DNA of 64,000 nucleotides from a plasmid: sequence record NZ_CP014527.1; one strand, 5' to 3'. Shown piece by piece: positions 19,601 to 27,276 of this stretch (position 1 is its first letter; each line of letters starts with the position of its first letter). The notes under the pieces were generated by a model. It saw only the letters and a program-made list of their open reading frames with translations, ran no database searches and was not told where the DNA came from. The position numbers and the translations under genes were made by a program.

Positions 19601-21911
19601 GGGGGTCAATAGAAATGGCCTCTCGCGGGCTGATCCCGAAGAACGCTGCATCGAAGCCATCGATGGTTTCCAGAAAGGCACCATACCCCGGAATTGGCAA
19701 GTCCACATCATAACGACCCTGCGGCACCGGACGTACCGCATCTCCCCCATCCAGAAGAAATGCCAGAAACTCATTGGGAGATTCAGAATCTTGATCCGTT
19801 CCGGTTGGCATCATCAAGCCGATACCAATAACCGCGATGGGCTCCGCGCTCCCTGTTGGTAATAAGAGTGGGCGAACCGGATCCGGATCTGGTTGTGTAT
19901 CCCGCTTTCCTTCCAGCCACGCGACAAGAGCATCCATGTTGGGGTTGGAGAACAGAAGTGTATCAGGCAAACGCAACCCCAATGTCTTTTCCAAGCGTCC
20001 GATCACATCCAGCGCAGTGACAGAATCCAGCCCCAGATCAAAGAAGCCGGCTTGTGGGTCCAGTGCCTGTGGATCAACACCTCCTAAAGCCCGGGCAACC
20101 AGCTGTTGCACCATTTGACGCAAAGATGCGCCCCCCATACCTTCCGGGGCGTTTTCAGCGAAAAGGCGGCTGTGTAAAGAGACCAAGTTGCCATCAAGCC
20201 AGGCCTGACGGACAGCCTTGCGCCGAACCTTGCCCGAGGTTGTTCTCAGCAGAGTTCCCTTGCGGATAAAGGTTATAGCGTGCACCGGTATCCCGTGTTG
20301 ACGCCCGATATCCTGACGCACCTGTTCCATCAACGCCGGCAAGTCGCCTTTGCGCAGGGCTTCTTGGACCACAACCAAGGCTTCCCCACTTTCGGTCTGG
20401 ATGGAGAAAGCGGCCCCTCCTCCCGGGACAAGGCGAGGGTCAAAATCGCTGACGGTTTTTTCAATATCGTTTGGATAGTGACAACGCCCACGAAAGATCA
20501 TGACATCCTTCAGGCGCCCGGTAATGTAAAGCCTACCCTCATAAAGTATTCCCAAGTCGCCGGTACGGAGATAACGGTTTCCAGCCAAGAGATGATCTTT
20601 TTTGACATTCAGGACAGCACCAAAAACTTCACCGTCCGGGTCGGACTTGTTCCAGTAGCCCGCAGCAACTGAAGGTCCGGATACCCAGATCTCGCCAACC
20701 CTGTCCTCAGTAACAGGCATTCGGGTTTCAGGATCGACAATCTGTATATCCTGCCCATCAAAATCCGATCCACAAGATACATAGGCCCTGCTTTCCTTGT
20801 CCTGCGGTGTCCCGCTGACAACACGGTTCTGCTCCAGGGCCTCAACGTCAAACCACCGGGTAACAGGACCACCATGCATTGTGCATCCTGAGACCATCAG
20901 AGTTGCCTCGGCCAAGCCATATCCGGGCCTGACCGCTTCCCGCCGTAGTCCAGCAGGTGCAAAGGCTTCAATGAAAGCATCCAGCATCAGGGGATCAACA
21001 GGTTCTGCCGCTGGCACGGCCACCTCAACCCGCGACAAGTCCAGTGCAGAAAGCCGTTCTGGTGTCAGCGCATCCAGACACGCTCTAAAACCAAAAGATG
21101 GCCCCGGAAGCACCGTGGCAGAGAAATGCGTTGCTGCCTCCATCCACGTCAGTGGATCACGTGTAAACATGGCTGGCGGCATCACAACACTGCGTGCCCC
21201 ATGCAGAAGCGGCGCCAGAACCCCCATGATCAATCCCATGTCATGAAACAGGGGCAACCACGTGACGGTTACACTGTCATGCTGCTGCAAACCATTGGCC
21301 CGACCAATAAAGGCACTGTTTACAAGCAAACCGGCATGCGTGTTGACAACCCCCTTGGGATCTCCGGTTGAACCGGACGTATATTGCAGGAAGGCAACCG
21401 TAGCAGGCGATACATCAGGGCAGGCCCAGACTTCTGGGTCCGGAAGACCAGCATCAGTGACCAGCACCTTGCATCCAACTGTACGGCAAAGTTGGTCAAG
21501 AGCCTCTGCGGAATCCTGTGCTATATGTCCGGTGGTCAGAAGAAAGCCCGGCCGGCAATCCTTGGCTATGGGCACTACTTTCGGCAACACGCGGGACACA
21601 CGGGCCGACCCCGGTAAATTGACCGGAACAGCAATAACGCCGGCATACAGGCACCCCAGAAGGCCAATAACATAATCAGCACCAGAGGGAAACAAAAGCA
21701 GAGCCCGGTCACCCGGTTTGCACCTCTGCTGCAAGGCAGATGCCAACGCGCGCGCCTTAAGGGAAAGATGGTGCCGGGAAAACGTATCCCCGGAACCATC
21801 AAGGGTCATGAATGTTGCAATCTCATGATCAGGATGGCTGCGGGCATTGTCCTCCAAAACCTCAACTAGACTGGAAGCACAGGCAATGTGTTCAGAACGG
21901 GATACAGACAT
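10611..21911 (-). CDS. Hybrid megasynthase FAAL-ACP-KS-AT-ACP-Cy-A(embedded MT-like)-PCP-Cy-PCP. The loading PKS is MicC-like and is fused to an HMWP2/Irp2-like bis-heterocyclising NRPS.
   Basis: The N-terminus is a fatty-acyl-AMP ligase (YTSGSTGDPKGV...GYGLAEATL...). It is followed by an ACP (LGLDSVTALD), a KS (DTACSASMVAVHLACQELRAGE), an AT with GHSVGE and HAFH (malonyl-specific) motifs, and a second ACP (IGLDSILAMEF). Then comes a Cy domain (DMLIIDATS, DxxxxD), an A domain (AYIIYTSGSTGVPKGV...NGKVDR) with an MT-like insert (VLEIGARGGLAT) between A8 and A10, a PCP (LGGDSLTAV), a second Cy domain (GIDNIICDGRS) and a terminal PCP (IGLGSLTLV). 3766 aa. Confidence 0.9.
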   Translation of the reverse strand: MSVSRSEHIACASSLVEVLEDNARSHPDHEIATFMTLDGSGDTFSRHHLSLKARALASALQQRCKPGDRALLLFPSGADYVIGLLGCLYAGVIAVPVNLPGSARVSRVLPKVVPIAKDCRPGFLLTTGHIAQDSAEALDQLCRTVGCKVLVTDAGLPDPEVWACPDVSPATVAFLQYTSGSTGDPKGVVNTHAGLLVNSAFIGRANGLQQHDSVTVTWLPLFHDMGLIMGVLAPLLHGARSVVMPPAMFTRDPLTWMEAATHFSATVLPGPSFGFRACLDALTPERLSALDLSRVEVAVPAAEPVDPLMLDAFIEAFAPAGLRREAVRPGYGLAEATLMVSGCTMHGGPVTRWFDVEALEQNRVVSGTPQDKESRAYVSCGSDFDGQDIQIVDPETRMPVTEDRVGEIWVSGPSVAAGYWNKSDPDGEVFGAVLNVKKDHLLAGNRYLRTGDLGILYEGRLYITGRLKDVMIFRGRCHYPNDIEKTVSDFDPRLVPGGGAAFSIQTESGEALVVVQEALRKGDLPALMEQVRQDIGRQHGIPVHAITFIRKGTLLRTTSGKVRRKAVRQAWLDGNLVSLHSRLFAENAPEGMGGASLRQMVQQLVARALGGVDPQALDPQAGFFDLGLDSVTALDVIGRLEKTLGLRLPDTLLFSNPNMDALVAWLEGKRDTQPDPDPVRPLLLPTGSAEPIAVIGIGLMMPTGTDQDSESPNEFLAFLLDGGDAVRPVPQGRYDVDLPIPGYGAFLETIDGFDAAFFGISPREAISIDPQHRHLLEVSWHALEDAGLDPGSLRGSDTGVFVGISGSEYAHLPFLSGDADPFDVHYAPGISTAAAAGRLSYVLGFEGPALSLDTACSASMVAVHLACQELRAGECSLALAAGVKVQILPEIDLSLHKAGMLAPDGRCKTFDKDADGYVRGEGCAVLVLKPLSHALADGNRVRAVIRQSVVRQDGARAGLTVPDGHAQEAMIRQVLRRSGLSPDAIDYVELHGTGTRLGDPIEFNALSRIFGADGNRSTPLLMGSVKTNIGHLEAAAGIAGLVKTILALESGILPPHGNLQTVNPAIALQDIPARLPAQPEPWPDRAGEAPRRALVSSFGFTGAIACAVLESAPAQHDGTTSASDPDRPAWMLALSASSPHALEVLSHQYAERVASAGIPLAPLLNGAHRCRSHLPIRRAVVGRNRDELVQALSRISGQFRRSLTAPRIGFVFSGQSTQYPGMTRGLYAFEPRFRSALDEVSAVLEPCLGFPVTELLFAESDTRLGQTQYDQPALFAVGYALARMWIDLGVQPDFIIGHSVGEFQAAVIAGILPLQQAARLVVERGRLMQALPAGGAMAALRMKPDEATDLLLQEDSPTLAIAAINGPEDIVIGGDDKALQSFLKPLKERGLSVRMLDVSHAFHTPLMDPVLDHLEQAASALQASEPRIPMWSTVDCSYVDPERMGRGAYWRDHARNPVSFVPAVQAAIAHGCSVLLEIGPAAVLTPLIRRTLVSMALDEMPVSLSSLRRDTCDAVTILDTLAKLYEAGVNPDWSVVSRGPVLPPEHLPLYPFERRSYWMPARRVYQGVSTEEQHIDVRDVATARTGSDPAYRLPPVAASEQDLVTALASMRPEQYVAGMLDLVTHLLSRILRIEPQRLLPGQDLLSIGLDSILAMEFVRSVNQLLAISCALRPVFETPTPDAISRYLCALMTQERKTPREHDADLIPDASNRYQPFPLTELQYAYWAGRSQAFAMGNIACHAYLETESITLDPQCLEDAWNVLIQRHDALRLVIDADGRQHILPDVPRYHVPVVDMSGADVASVEAHVQAWRDEMENQVLLTECWPLFDVRVTRMPGGKTRLHLSIDMLIIDATSSQIVWDELEALCRHGANPEHAGLLPLSLSFRDYVLARQYRQDFLAERDTARAWWTNRLDALPPAPDLPLAVDPATITNPVFVRHSARLKAGLWSVIKDQAALSGITPAALLVSAFADVLAAWSASSRFTLNLTIFDRRLWHPDVPRLVGDFTSVVLLGVDRHGRAAFIDNARTVFADMMEALEHRAFSAVDVLRDMARSRDQRKMLMPVVFTSQLGTIPPSQSNRADSVLGDLVRAVTQTPQVWIDQQVSEAADGSLVINWDMVEALFPEGMPRAMFEAYCALLERLGQDRATWSHPVGPLLPHEQRRVRAVVNSTHASVPEGLLHEPFFRKARENPDQTALVGGDDTTWSYGQMAAWSARIAHAVRGALAQSVHGQRVAVLMEKGPEQVAAVLGVLAAGHTYVPIDPAWPDLRVSGILDSADITVLLVQSWRHAELAARFGEGRKRYVLDVSEAALFRYPDTVPEPAATHPEDAAYIIYTSGSTGVPKGVVIDHRGPLNTVIDVNNRFGVTCKDRIFGLSSLSFDLSVYDIFGTFACGATLVLPHEDDRRDPARWSRLCRQHGVTVWNSVPALLDMLLTEADPVAVGGLQVVMLSGDWVPLSLPERLRTFSPHVRLVCMGGATEASIWSNWFLVDRVEPHWRSVPYGYPLSNQGYRILDSGLNDRPDWVPGDLYITGIGLAKEYAGDPEKTAASFPCHPDDGMRLYRTGDMARYWPDGVIEFLGRKDHQVKIAGHRIEAGEIEAALLSHPAVRDAVVDALGQDGEIKRLVAWFTIDPAHMDAAPCFLPDLSRDPDAVREEHGQVVSGLHVVAGCPIPGQTPAAYEALWTLMTEVARQCVRDTLLAAGLFVEPAPCLARDDVFRILRCDDRFTSVATGWLAVLLETGELVGHDDNLLAPSGLENRSWDDLANEARHVGFPARILASLKQGSGMRLSVLRGEEDPLALFYGADDVLSPEYLARLDPLYERGLAAVHAVLADRAGQATLEQPLRVLEIGARGGLATREILEGLGNTLRYTVTDTSRLFLDRARQVLDTVHGPAIDFSLLDPDQDPVFQGFPLHGFDVVIACNALHRSRNIPQLLGFLSRVLVPGGLVLAPEITRSSPLQGVTVALLEEGYRHLEDHRQQVGQPLLDPQGWERMFSAAGWPVVRAVPLSTHADMNPGVHVLAACSPVSARGFTVNVLQDYLSERVPVYMMPSAFLLLDSVPLSSNGKVDRQALPKPVGNGMRRRSSSLVTATEQKLAVLWREVLGVEGLGREDSFFDLGGDSLTAVRLVERVRSELDKDIRVRDVFDAPVLAAFATRIDAAESCEEEALPVLVPAPQDRFRPFALTDVQEAYWVGRQISGISTWLYLEIDVDDVDPVQLSVAWNRLVHCHDMLRAVVDDDGQQRVLETVPDYAMSIIDGRTLSPSACEQHTLAWRQDMSHQVRPTEQWPLFDIRVIQAAESRVRIFFGIDNIICDGRSIQMLLRMWLFLARMDDPRTAPLSVPSLSFRDYLCAVEGIQGSGRWRRSLAWWLQRMEHLPPAPDLPLAMDPDCIEKPTFERREGRLSPEQWAALRAHATAAGVTPNAVLLSAYGLILGAFSSRRDLTLNLTLFNRLPLHPDVDHLIGDFTSLVLLAIDPDPQQLFVDTVRAVQARLWDDIGHMQVSAVRVLRDFARYHGREQAPTFPVVFTSGLGASSSTGEDNLPGRFGFGITQTPQTWLDHQVLEKDGGLFFNWDSVQGLFPEGLLDEAFEAYSRFLVSLADSAPWQRPSRGYVPENNFDRFQHTPVERVPQYHAVASKSADKDRADVEKKLSALVQSVGNLVSAPPRDRTFFEIGLGSLTLVRLHQAIRQTMGLECRVVDLFRHPTLSALAAHLLTLRSASQGSKGSTRSGILVAAAQGDAGLRRARRRDLKAKVHSSMEPAQ

Positions 21912-21928
21912 ATCGAGGCATTCTCCTG

Positions 21929-24900
21929 CTATGACCGGGTATGCACCGGACAGCGGATGATGGTTTCAATAGCTTCGGCTAGGGCATCAAGAGCAACAGG
22001 ATCGGTCAGAAGGCTCCAGTGGTTTCCCTGAACCGGCAGGACAGGAACAATTCCACCGGGCCAAGCGGGGAGATCCTGCCATTCCGGTGGAACCTCTGTG
22101 GCCGTAATCACCAGGCCTACTGGATCAACAAACGGTGTGGGTATGTCTTGCATCGCCGTGCGATGGGCCTGAACCATGGCAGCAAAACGCTGGACCAGTG
22201 CTTGCTCCTGCTTGTGGTCAAGATCGGCTTCTTGGATGCCCAGCAAGGCCATCAGGGCAGACGATGTTTTCGGAGCAGCCGGCATGCCAGAGGGATCGGG
22301 GTGGCCATGGGCAAAGGCACCAACAGGCGGCGGGTCCAACAGAATAGATCCGGCAACAGAGATATCATCATCTTTCAGGGCAGATATCAGGCCGGGAATG
22401 GCCAAGGCACCAAAGGACCACCCCCCAAGATACAGGGGACATGAACCCAAGCCAGAAGATAACTGGCCTATAACACCCCTGAAATACTGAACAAGATCAT
22501 TCAGGCTGCAAGCAGGCTGTTCACCCTTGGCCAGCCCCGGTGTCCGCAGGGCTGTCACCGATATCGTAGCGTCAAGCCGTGCTGCCAGAGGCGCAAAAAG
22601 AGTGGCCATACCATCACTGCCGGGCAGCAGGATCAGGTGTGCCTTTGCGTCCACGCCGGTCTTCAGATGCAAGACAGCCGGAAAATTGTCAGGCTCCAAG
22701 GATGGAGCAGAACCGGATGCATCGAGTGCGACCGCAAAATCACGCAGAACCGGATTTTCGAACAAGAGACGCAGCGTTGGAGTACCACAACCCATCGTTC
22801 GCAGTCTGCTGACCAAATGCGTAGCCAGCAGACTGTCTCCTCCTGACAGGAAGAAATTATCCCCGGGACCGGGCATATCACCCAGAATATCAGCCCATAC
22901 CGTGGCTATGGTCTTTTCAAGGGGTGTATATGCGGCATCCGCTGAACAGCCTGCCGTAACAGATGGTACTAGCGAGGCTAATGCCTTGCGATCGACCTTG
23001 CCATTAAGACCCAGCGGAAACCGGTCCAGAACAATAAAAGATGACGGCAGCATGCCTGGAGGAAGGTGTTCCGATAATTCCCGCACCAAGGCAGACTGAT
23101 CCAAGGAAACAGCTCGACCGGGAGTACGGGCAATAAAAACATGCTGGCCAGTCCACGCCGCACCAGCATCGGAAACGCAGATTGTAAGGAAACCTACGTC
23201 TTCCAAAACGCGGCACCAAGTTTCCGCATCAACCAACGGCCGACCGTCATCTCGACGAAAATCCGTGAAATGACCAAAGCCTTCCAGAAAACCGGCTGTC
23301 ACCAGTTGCAACAGGTTGTGCCGAGTTGCCTCGCGCAGGACAAGGAGCCCACCCGGCTTCAACACCGAACGAAGATTGGCAAGGGCTGCCGGAATATCAC
23401 GCACATCGTGCAGGACATTGCTGGCTATGACGATATCCGCACTATGCTCTCCCAGCCCCGCAGAGGATGGGGGTTTGGAAATATCCCAGCATGCTGTCTG
23501 CAGGAATGGGCAATCTGAAAAACCGGAGCGGGAGTGATCCAGAAAGAAGGGCGAGATATCTGTAAATATATATTGACTGCGCCCCGGATCCAGAACCGGC
23601 AGAACATGGGCTGTTGTTCCACCGGTTCCGGCACCAACTTCGATGACGGATACAGTGGAATCAAGGGCCGCATCTGCAAAGGCACGAACCACTGCAGCAA
23701 CCATCTTTCCATAAGGAGCTGACAAAGGATTATTGCGGTAAAGATCACCTGCCAAGGCACTGTCCCCACCGGGAAACAGAACTTCAACCGGATCAAGGTG
23801 ACCATCCAGAAGCTCGTCACAATGCTCAATACACGCCGCGACCCAGTCCGTAATCCGAAAGTTCTCAAAGTCAGCCTCTACAGACTTCAAATCTTGTAGA
23901 AATGCCTGTCCGGCATCAGGATCGCAACGCAAGGGCCGGAGAGCTGAGAAAGTACCAGCATCAGTCTCCACCAGCACATCCGCCACAACCAATGCCTTGA
24001 TCCACTGTTCAAGAAGACCGGCATAACGCTCGGCGATACCACTACGGCGCATGATATCTGTCATGGTTAGCGGAACAGAACCCCCAAACACATTCCGTCG
24101 GGCCAGAACTGTTTCGATCACAGACAAAGCCAGACGATCCCCAGCAACACCAAAAGCTTTTGCACAGGCCTGGATATCAGGTCCAAGACCGGAAACTGGG
24201 ACGGACAACGCCTCACATGCCCTTTGGTATCGATCCGCCGACAAGGATGGAAGAAGGGAGAAAGCAGAATTGGCAGCTGGCATAGGAACAGGGACAACAA
24301 AGGCCGTAATGCGCCCACCACTGCCACCAGATATCCCGGGTGTGAAAACAGCGACCGCATCACGAACTCCGCTGGCATGGATCAAGGCAGCCTCAATATC
24401 GCCCAGTTCAATGCGCTGACCGGCGACCTTGACCTGATTGTCCTCCCTTCCCAAGAATTCTAGGGCACCATCCGGCCAATAGCAGGCCATATCCCCAGTA
24501 CGGTACAGTCGCTCACCTGTTTGTGGGTGTTGTACAAAAGATTGTGCTGTTTTTTCCGGGTCATTCTGATAGCCATCCGCCAGTCCGGCCCCGGCGATAT
24601 AAAGGTCCCCGGCCACATAATCTGGCCGATCTCGCCATCTCCGGTCCAAAACATGGTAGCGCTGGTTGGACAATGGGAAGCCATAGGGAATGGAACGCCA
24701 CGCCGGATCAACATTCCTGATCTCGAACCAGTTGGACCAGATCGAAGCCTCCGTCGCACCACCCATGGCAATAATACGGACATCGGGGAACAAAACCCTC
24801 AACCGCCCCGGCAGGCCAACCGGAATCCAGTCACCGGACAGAAGAACAAGGCGCAGACCATAGGGCGTTTTTGCCTGTCCTTTTTCAAGTACATCAACCA

Positions 24901-27133
24901 ACAGCTCTAGAAGGGCCGGGACTGTGTTCCAGATCGTCACACCATGACGATCCATCAGGTCAACCCAGCGCAGGGGATCAAGGCGCTGGTCTTCATCTGG
25001 GAGAACCAGTGCCCCGCCCGCCCCCAGAACACCAAAAATATCGTAAACAGACAGGTCAAAGGCCAGAGATGAAAGACCAAGAACCCGGTCATGTGGACCA
25101 ACCGCAAAGCGACGGCTGATATCAGCCACCGTGTTGGCGGCAGCTTGGTGGCTGATCATAACCCCCTTGGGTATTCCGGTTGAGCCAGATGTGTAGATAA
25201 CGTAGGCCAGATCTTCCGGTTGACGCGGCTGATACACAGACAGACGACCCGCCTTGGGAATAACGGGAAGAGAAGGATCAAGACGACGCATATGACCGGG
25301 CACAGCATGATCTTGATGACAGAGCACCAAACGCACACCCGCATTATCAAGAACCTGTGCTAGGCGGGCCCGCGGCGTATCAAGTGTAACGGGCACATAG
25401 ACTCCCCCAGCCTCAAGGACAGCCAGAACGGCAATAATTTGCTCCGGACCTTTCGGCAGGACAACCGCTACAGAATCGCCGGGCTCTATGTCCAAACAAG
25501 CCGCGAGCTGTTCCGAACGCTGCAACAACGTCGCATAGTCAAGACACTCCGCACCATGAAACAGTGCGGGTGCACAGGCAGGAAGCCCCCCGTTTCGTCC
25601 ATGCTCAAAAACGGGGTGATGAAGAAGGAATGGCTCGAATGGCGTACCGGTTGCATTCGCGCTCTGGCGTGGCTCCAACTGAGCCGCTGTCAGCAAAGAA
25701 CCAATGGGCTGCTGCCAAGCCTGTTCAGAGTCAACCAGAGAAGCAAGAAGCCTGTCATAAGCATCCATCATGCCCTCGACCAGCCCCGGCGGAAAAAGAT
25801 CTTCGATAACAATCCAGTTCCAGACCAATTCGCCACGCCGCACCATAACTTGGTGATCAAGCCAAACCTGCGGCGTTGCGGTTTCCAAGCATATTGGCTC
25901 CCCCAGCAACGCGCCTTCCCGTTCCATATCGGCCAAATGATCAATATCCATGCCAAGCAGGCTGGTAAAGACTACCGGCATGCGTCCGGCATCCACAGTC
26001 CCAGACAAACGCGACACGTCACGCATGACATCAACACCAGAGTAGACCCGGTGCGCCAGTCCGCTCCACATCTCCTTCTGTATGTTTTGTGCCCGCTCAT
26101 AGAGAGATGTATTCTCGGTGCAGTCAACCGTGACCAAAAGGACCGAGGTAAAATCACCGACCAGCCGCATCACATCCGGATGCAGGCGTTCGCGGTTGAA
26201 ATGCGTCAGATTAATTGTAAAACGGGGAGACCGTGACCAGTATGCCAGAACTTCAGAAAATGCCGCCAGAAGAACGGCGGACCCAGTCAAGCCATGCTCT
26301 GCCGCACGATGCATAAGGCATGACCAGGCCTGTGGGGCTAGGCTCCGGATATGTCTGCGAAAGCGTGGAAAAGGAAGGGAGGTCGGTGCAACAGCAAGGG
26401 GAAGGTCAGGAGGAGGTGCCATATCCGGGAGACGCTGAAGCCACCATGAGCGAGCATCATTCCAAGCCGACGTCCCACGTTTCTTCTCTGTTGCAAGCAC
26501 ATAGTCACGAAATGAAAAGAAAGGCGGCGGATCAACGGGCATCCCCGCATACAAGCGCTCAAGATCCGCAAGGAATACGTGGAAGCTCTGGACGTCAAAC
26601 ATCAAGAGATCAATATCAAGATGCAGATGAAAGCAGGCATCCGAAAGTCGGGTAACACGCATCTCGAACAACGGCCACGTCCCGGCATCCAAAACTTGGC
26701 GGGACATCCTGTCACGCGTCATGGATACAGCTTGGTCACCATCCTCTGCGCAGGGGCTGTCAACCATTATTATATACCATGGTACTTCAGGTAGAATACG
26801 CTGGCGTCCATCAGATTGGATGATGGCACGCATCATATCGTGACGCCGAATAACCTCGTTCCAAGCTTTTTCCAGCCTTTGCACATCCAATGCACCTAAG
26901 GCCCATTCAAAATAAACATGGCAGGCCACATTCCCCAACTCTAGGGAACTGCTGCGACCAACCCAGTACGCGTGCTGGATATCGGTCAGGGGGAAAGGAC
27001 GATAGCGTTCGTTATCATCTTGTACAGCCCCCCCGACAGCACGGCCTTCCCCCATCACCGCAACATGTTCCAACATCACCAACGCTCCCGGGTACAAACG
27101 CCGTACAATCACGGACGGTGTACATGACGGCAT
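21929..27133 (-). CDS. NRPS termination module Cy-A(embedded N-MT)-PCP-TE (PchF / HMWP1 C-terminal half-like)
   Basis: Cy domain (HLDIDLLMFDVQS), A domain (AYVIYTSGSTGIPKGV...LNGKVDR), an embedded MT with a canonical SAM motif (VIEVGAGTGGTT), a PCP (LSGGDSLLATHL) and a TE domain (GGWSFGALAIPGL). The ATG is at 27133..27131. Confidence 0.9.
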   Translation of the reverse strand: MPSCTPSVIVRRLYPGALVMLEHVAVMGEGRAVGGAVQDDNERYRPFPLTDIQHAYWVGRSSSLELGNVACHVYFEWALGALDVQRLEKAWNEVIRRHDMMRAIIQSDGRQRILPEVPWYIIMVDSPCAEDGDQAVSMTRDRMSRQVLDAGTWPLFEMRVTRLSDACFHLHLDIDLLMFDVQSFHVFLADLERLYAGMPVDPPPFFSFRDYVLATEKKRGTSAWNDARSWWLQRLPDMAPPPDLPLAVAPTSLPFPRFRRHIRSLAPQAWSCLMHRAAEHGLTGSAVLLAAFSEVLAYWSRSPRFTINLTHFNRERLHPDVMRLVGDFTSVLLVTVDCTENTSLYERAQNIQKEMWSGLAHRVYSGVDVMRDVSRLSGTVDAGRMPVVFTSLLGMDIDHLADMEREGALLGEPICLETATPQVWLDHQVMVRRGELVWNWIVIEDLFPPGLVEGMMDAYDRLLASLVDSEQAWQQPIGSLLTAAQLEPRQSANATGTPFEPFLLHHPVFEHGRNGGLPACAPALFHGAECLDYATLLQRSEQLAACLDIEPGDSVAVVLPKGPEQIIAVLAVLEAGGVYVPVTLDTPRARLAQVLDNAGVRLVLCHQDHAVPGHMRRLDPSLPVIPKAGRLSVYQPRQPEDLAYVIYTSGSTGIPKGVMISHQAAANTVADISRRFAVGPHDRVLGLSSLAFDLSVYDIFGVLGAGGALVLPDEDQRLDPLRWVDLMDRHGVTIWNTVPALLELLVDVLEKGQAKTPYGLRLVLLSGDWIPVGLPGRLRVLFPDVRIIAMGGATEASIWSNWFEIRNVDPAWRSIPYGFPLSNQRYHVLDRRWRDRPDYVAGDLYIAGAGLADGYQNDPEKTAQSFVQHPQTGERLYRTGDMACYWPDGALEFLGREDNQVKVAGQRIELGDIEAALIHASGVRDAVAVFTPGISGGSGGRITAFVVPVPMPAANSAFSLLPSLSADRYQRACEALSVPVSGLGPDIQACAKAFGVAGDRLALSVIETVLARRNVFGGSVPLTMTDIMRRSGIAERYAGLLEQWIKALVVADVLVETDAGTFSALRPLRCDPDAGQAFLQDLKSVEADFENFRITDWVAACIEHCDELLDGHLDPVEVLFPGGDSALAGDLYRNNPLSAPYGKMVAAVVRAFADAALDSTVSVIEVGAGTGGTTAHVLPVLDPGRSQYIFTDISPFFLDHSRSGFSDCPFLQTACWDISKPPSSAGLGEHSADIVIASNVLHDVRDIPAALANLRSVLKPGGLLVLREATRHNLLQLVTAGFLEGFGHFTDFRRDDGRPLVDAETWCRVLEDVGFLTICVSDAGAAWTGQHVFIARTPGRAVSLDQSALVRELSEHLPPGMLPSSFIVLDRFPLGLNGKVDRKALASLVPSVTAGCSADAAYTPLEKTIATVWADILGDMPGPGDNFFLSGGDSLLATHLVSRLRTMGCGTPTLRLLFENPVLRDFAVALDASGSAPSLEPDNFPAVLHLKTGVDAKAHLILLPGSDGMATLFAPLAARLDATISVTALRTPGLAKGEQPACSLNDLVQYFRGVIGQLSSGLGSCPLYLGGWSFGALAIPGLISALKDDDISVAGSILLDPPPVGAFAHGHPDPSGMPAAPKTSSALMALLGIQEADLDHKQEQALVQRFAAMVQAHRTAMQDIPTPFVDPVGLVITATEVPPEWQDLPAWPGGIVPVLPVQGNHWSLLTDPVALDALAEAIETIIRCPVHTRS

Positions 27134-27149
27134 GTTGGCACCAATCTCT

Positions 27150-27178
27150 ATTGCGATTGGTTATCAATACATCGCAAT
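27150..27178. promoter_or_regulatory. Palindrome ATTGCGAT-N13-ATCGCAAT in the 144-bp gap between the second ABC exporter and the NRPS start
   Basis: A perfect 8-bp inverted repeat 17-45 nt upstream of the ATG of the Cy-A-MT-PCP-TE gene. It could be an operator for the AraC regulator or an mRNA stem-loop. Confidence 0.3.
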
Positions 27179-27276
27179 CGGGACTAAAAGAGTTTTCTGA
27201 TAAAACACCAAGCACTTTTCTGCCCCGTTTGGAGAGAACTACGGCATTACCCAGATCGGAAAAAAGGGTGCACGAT

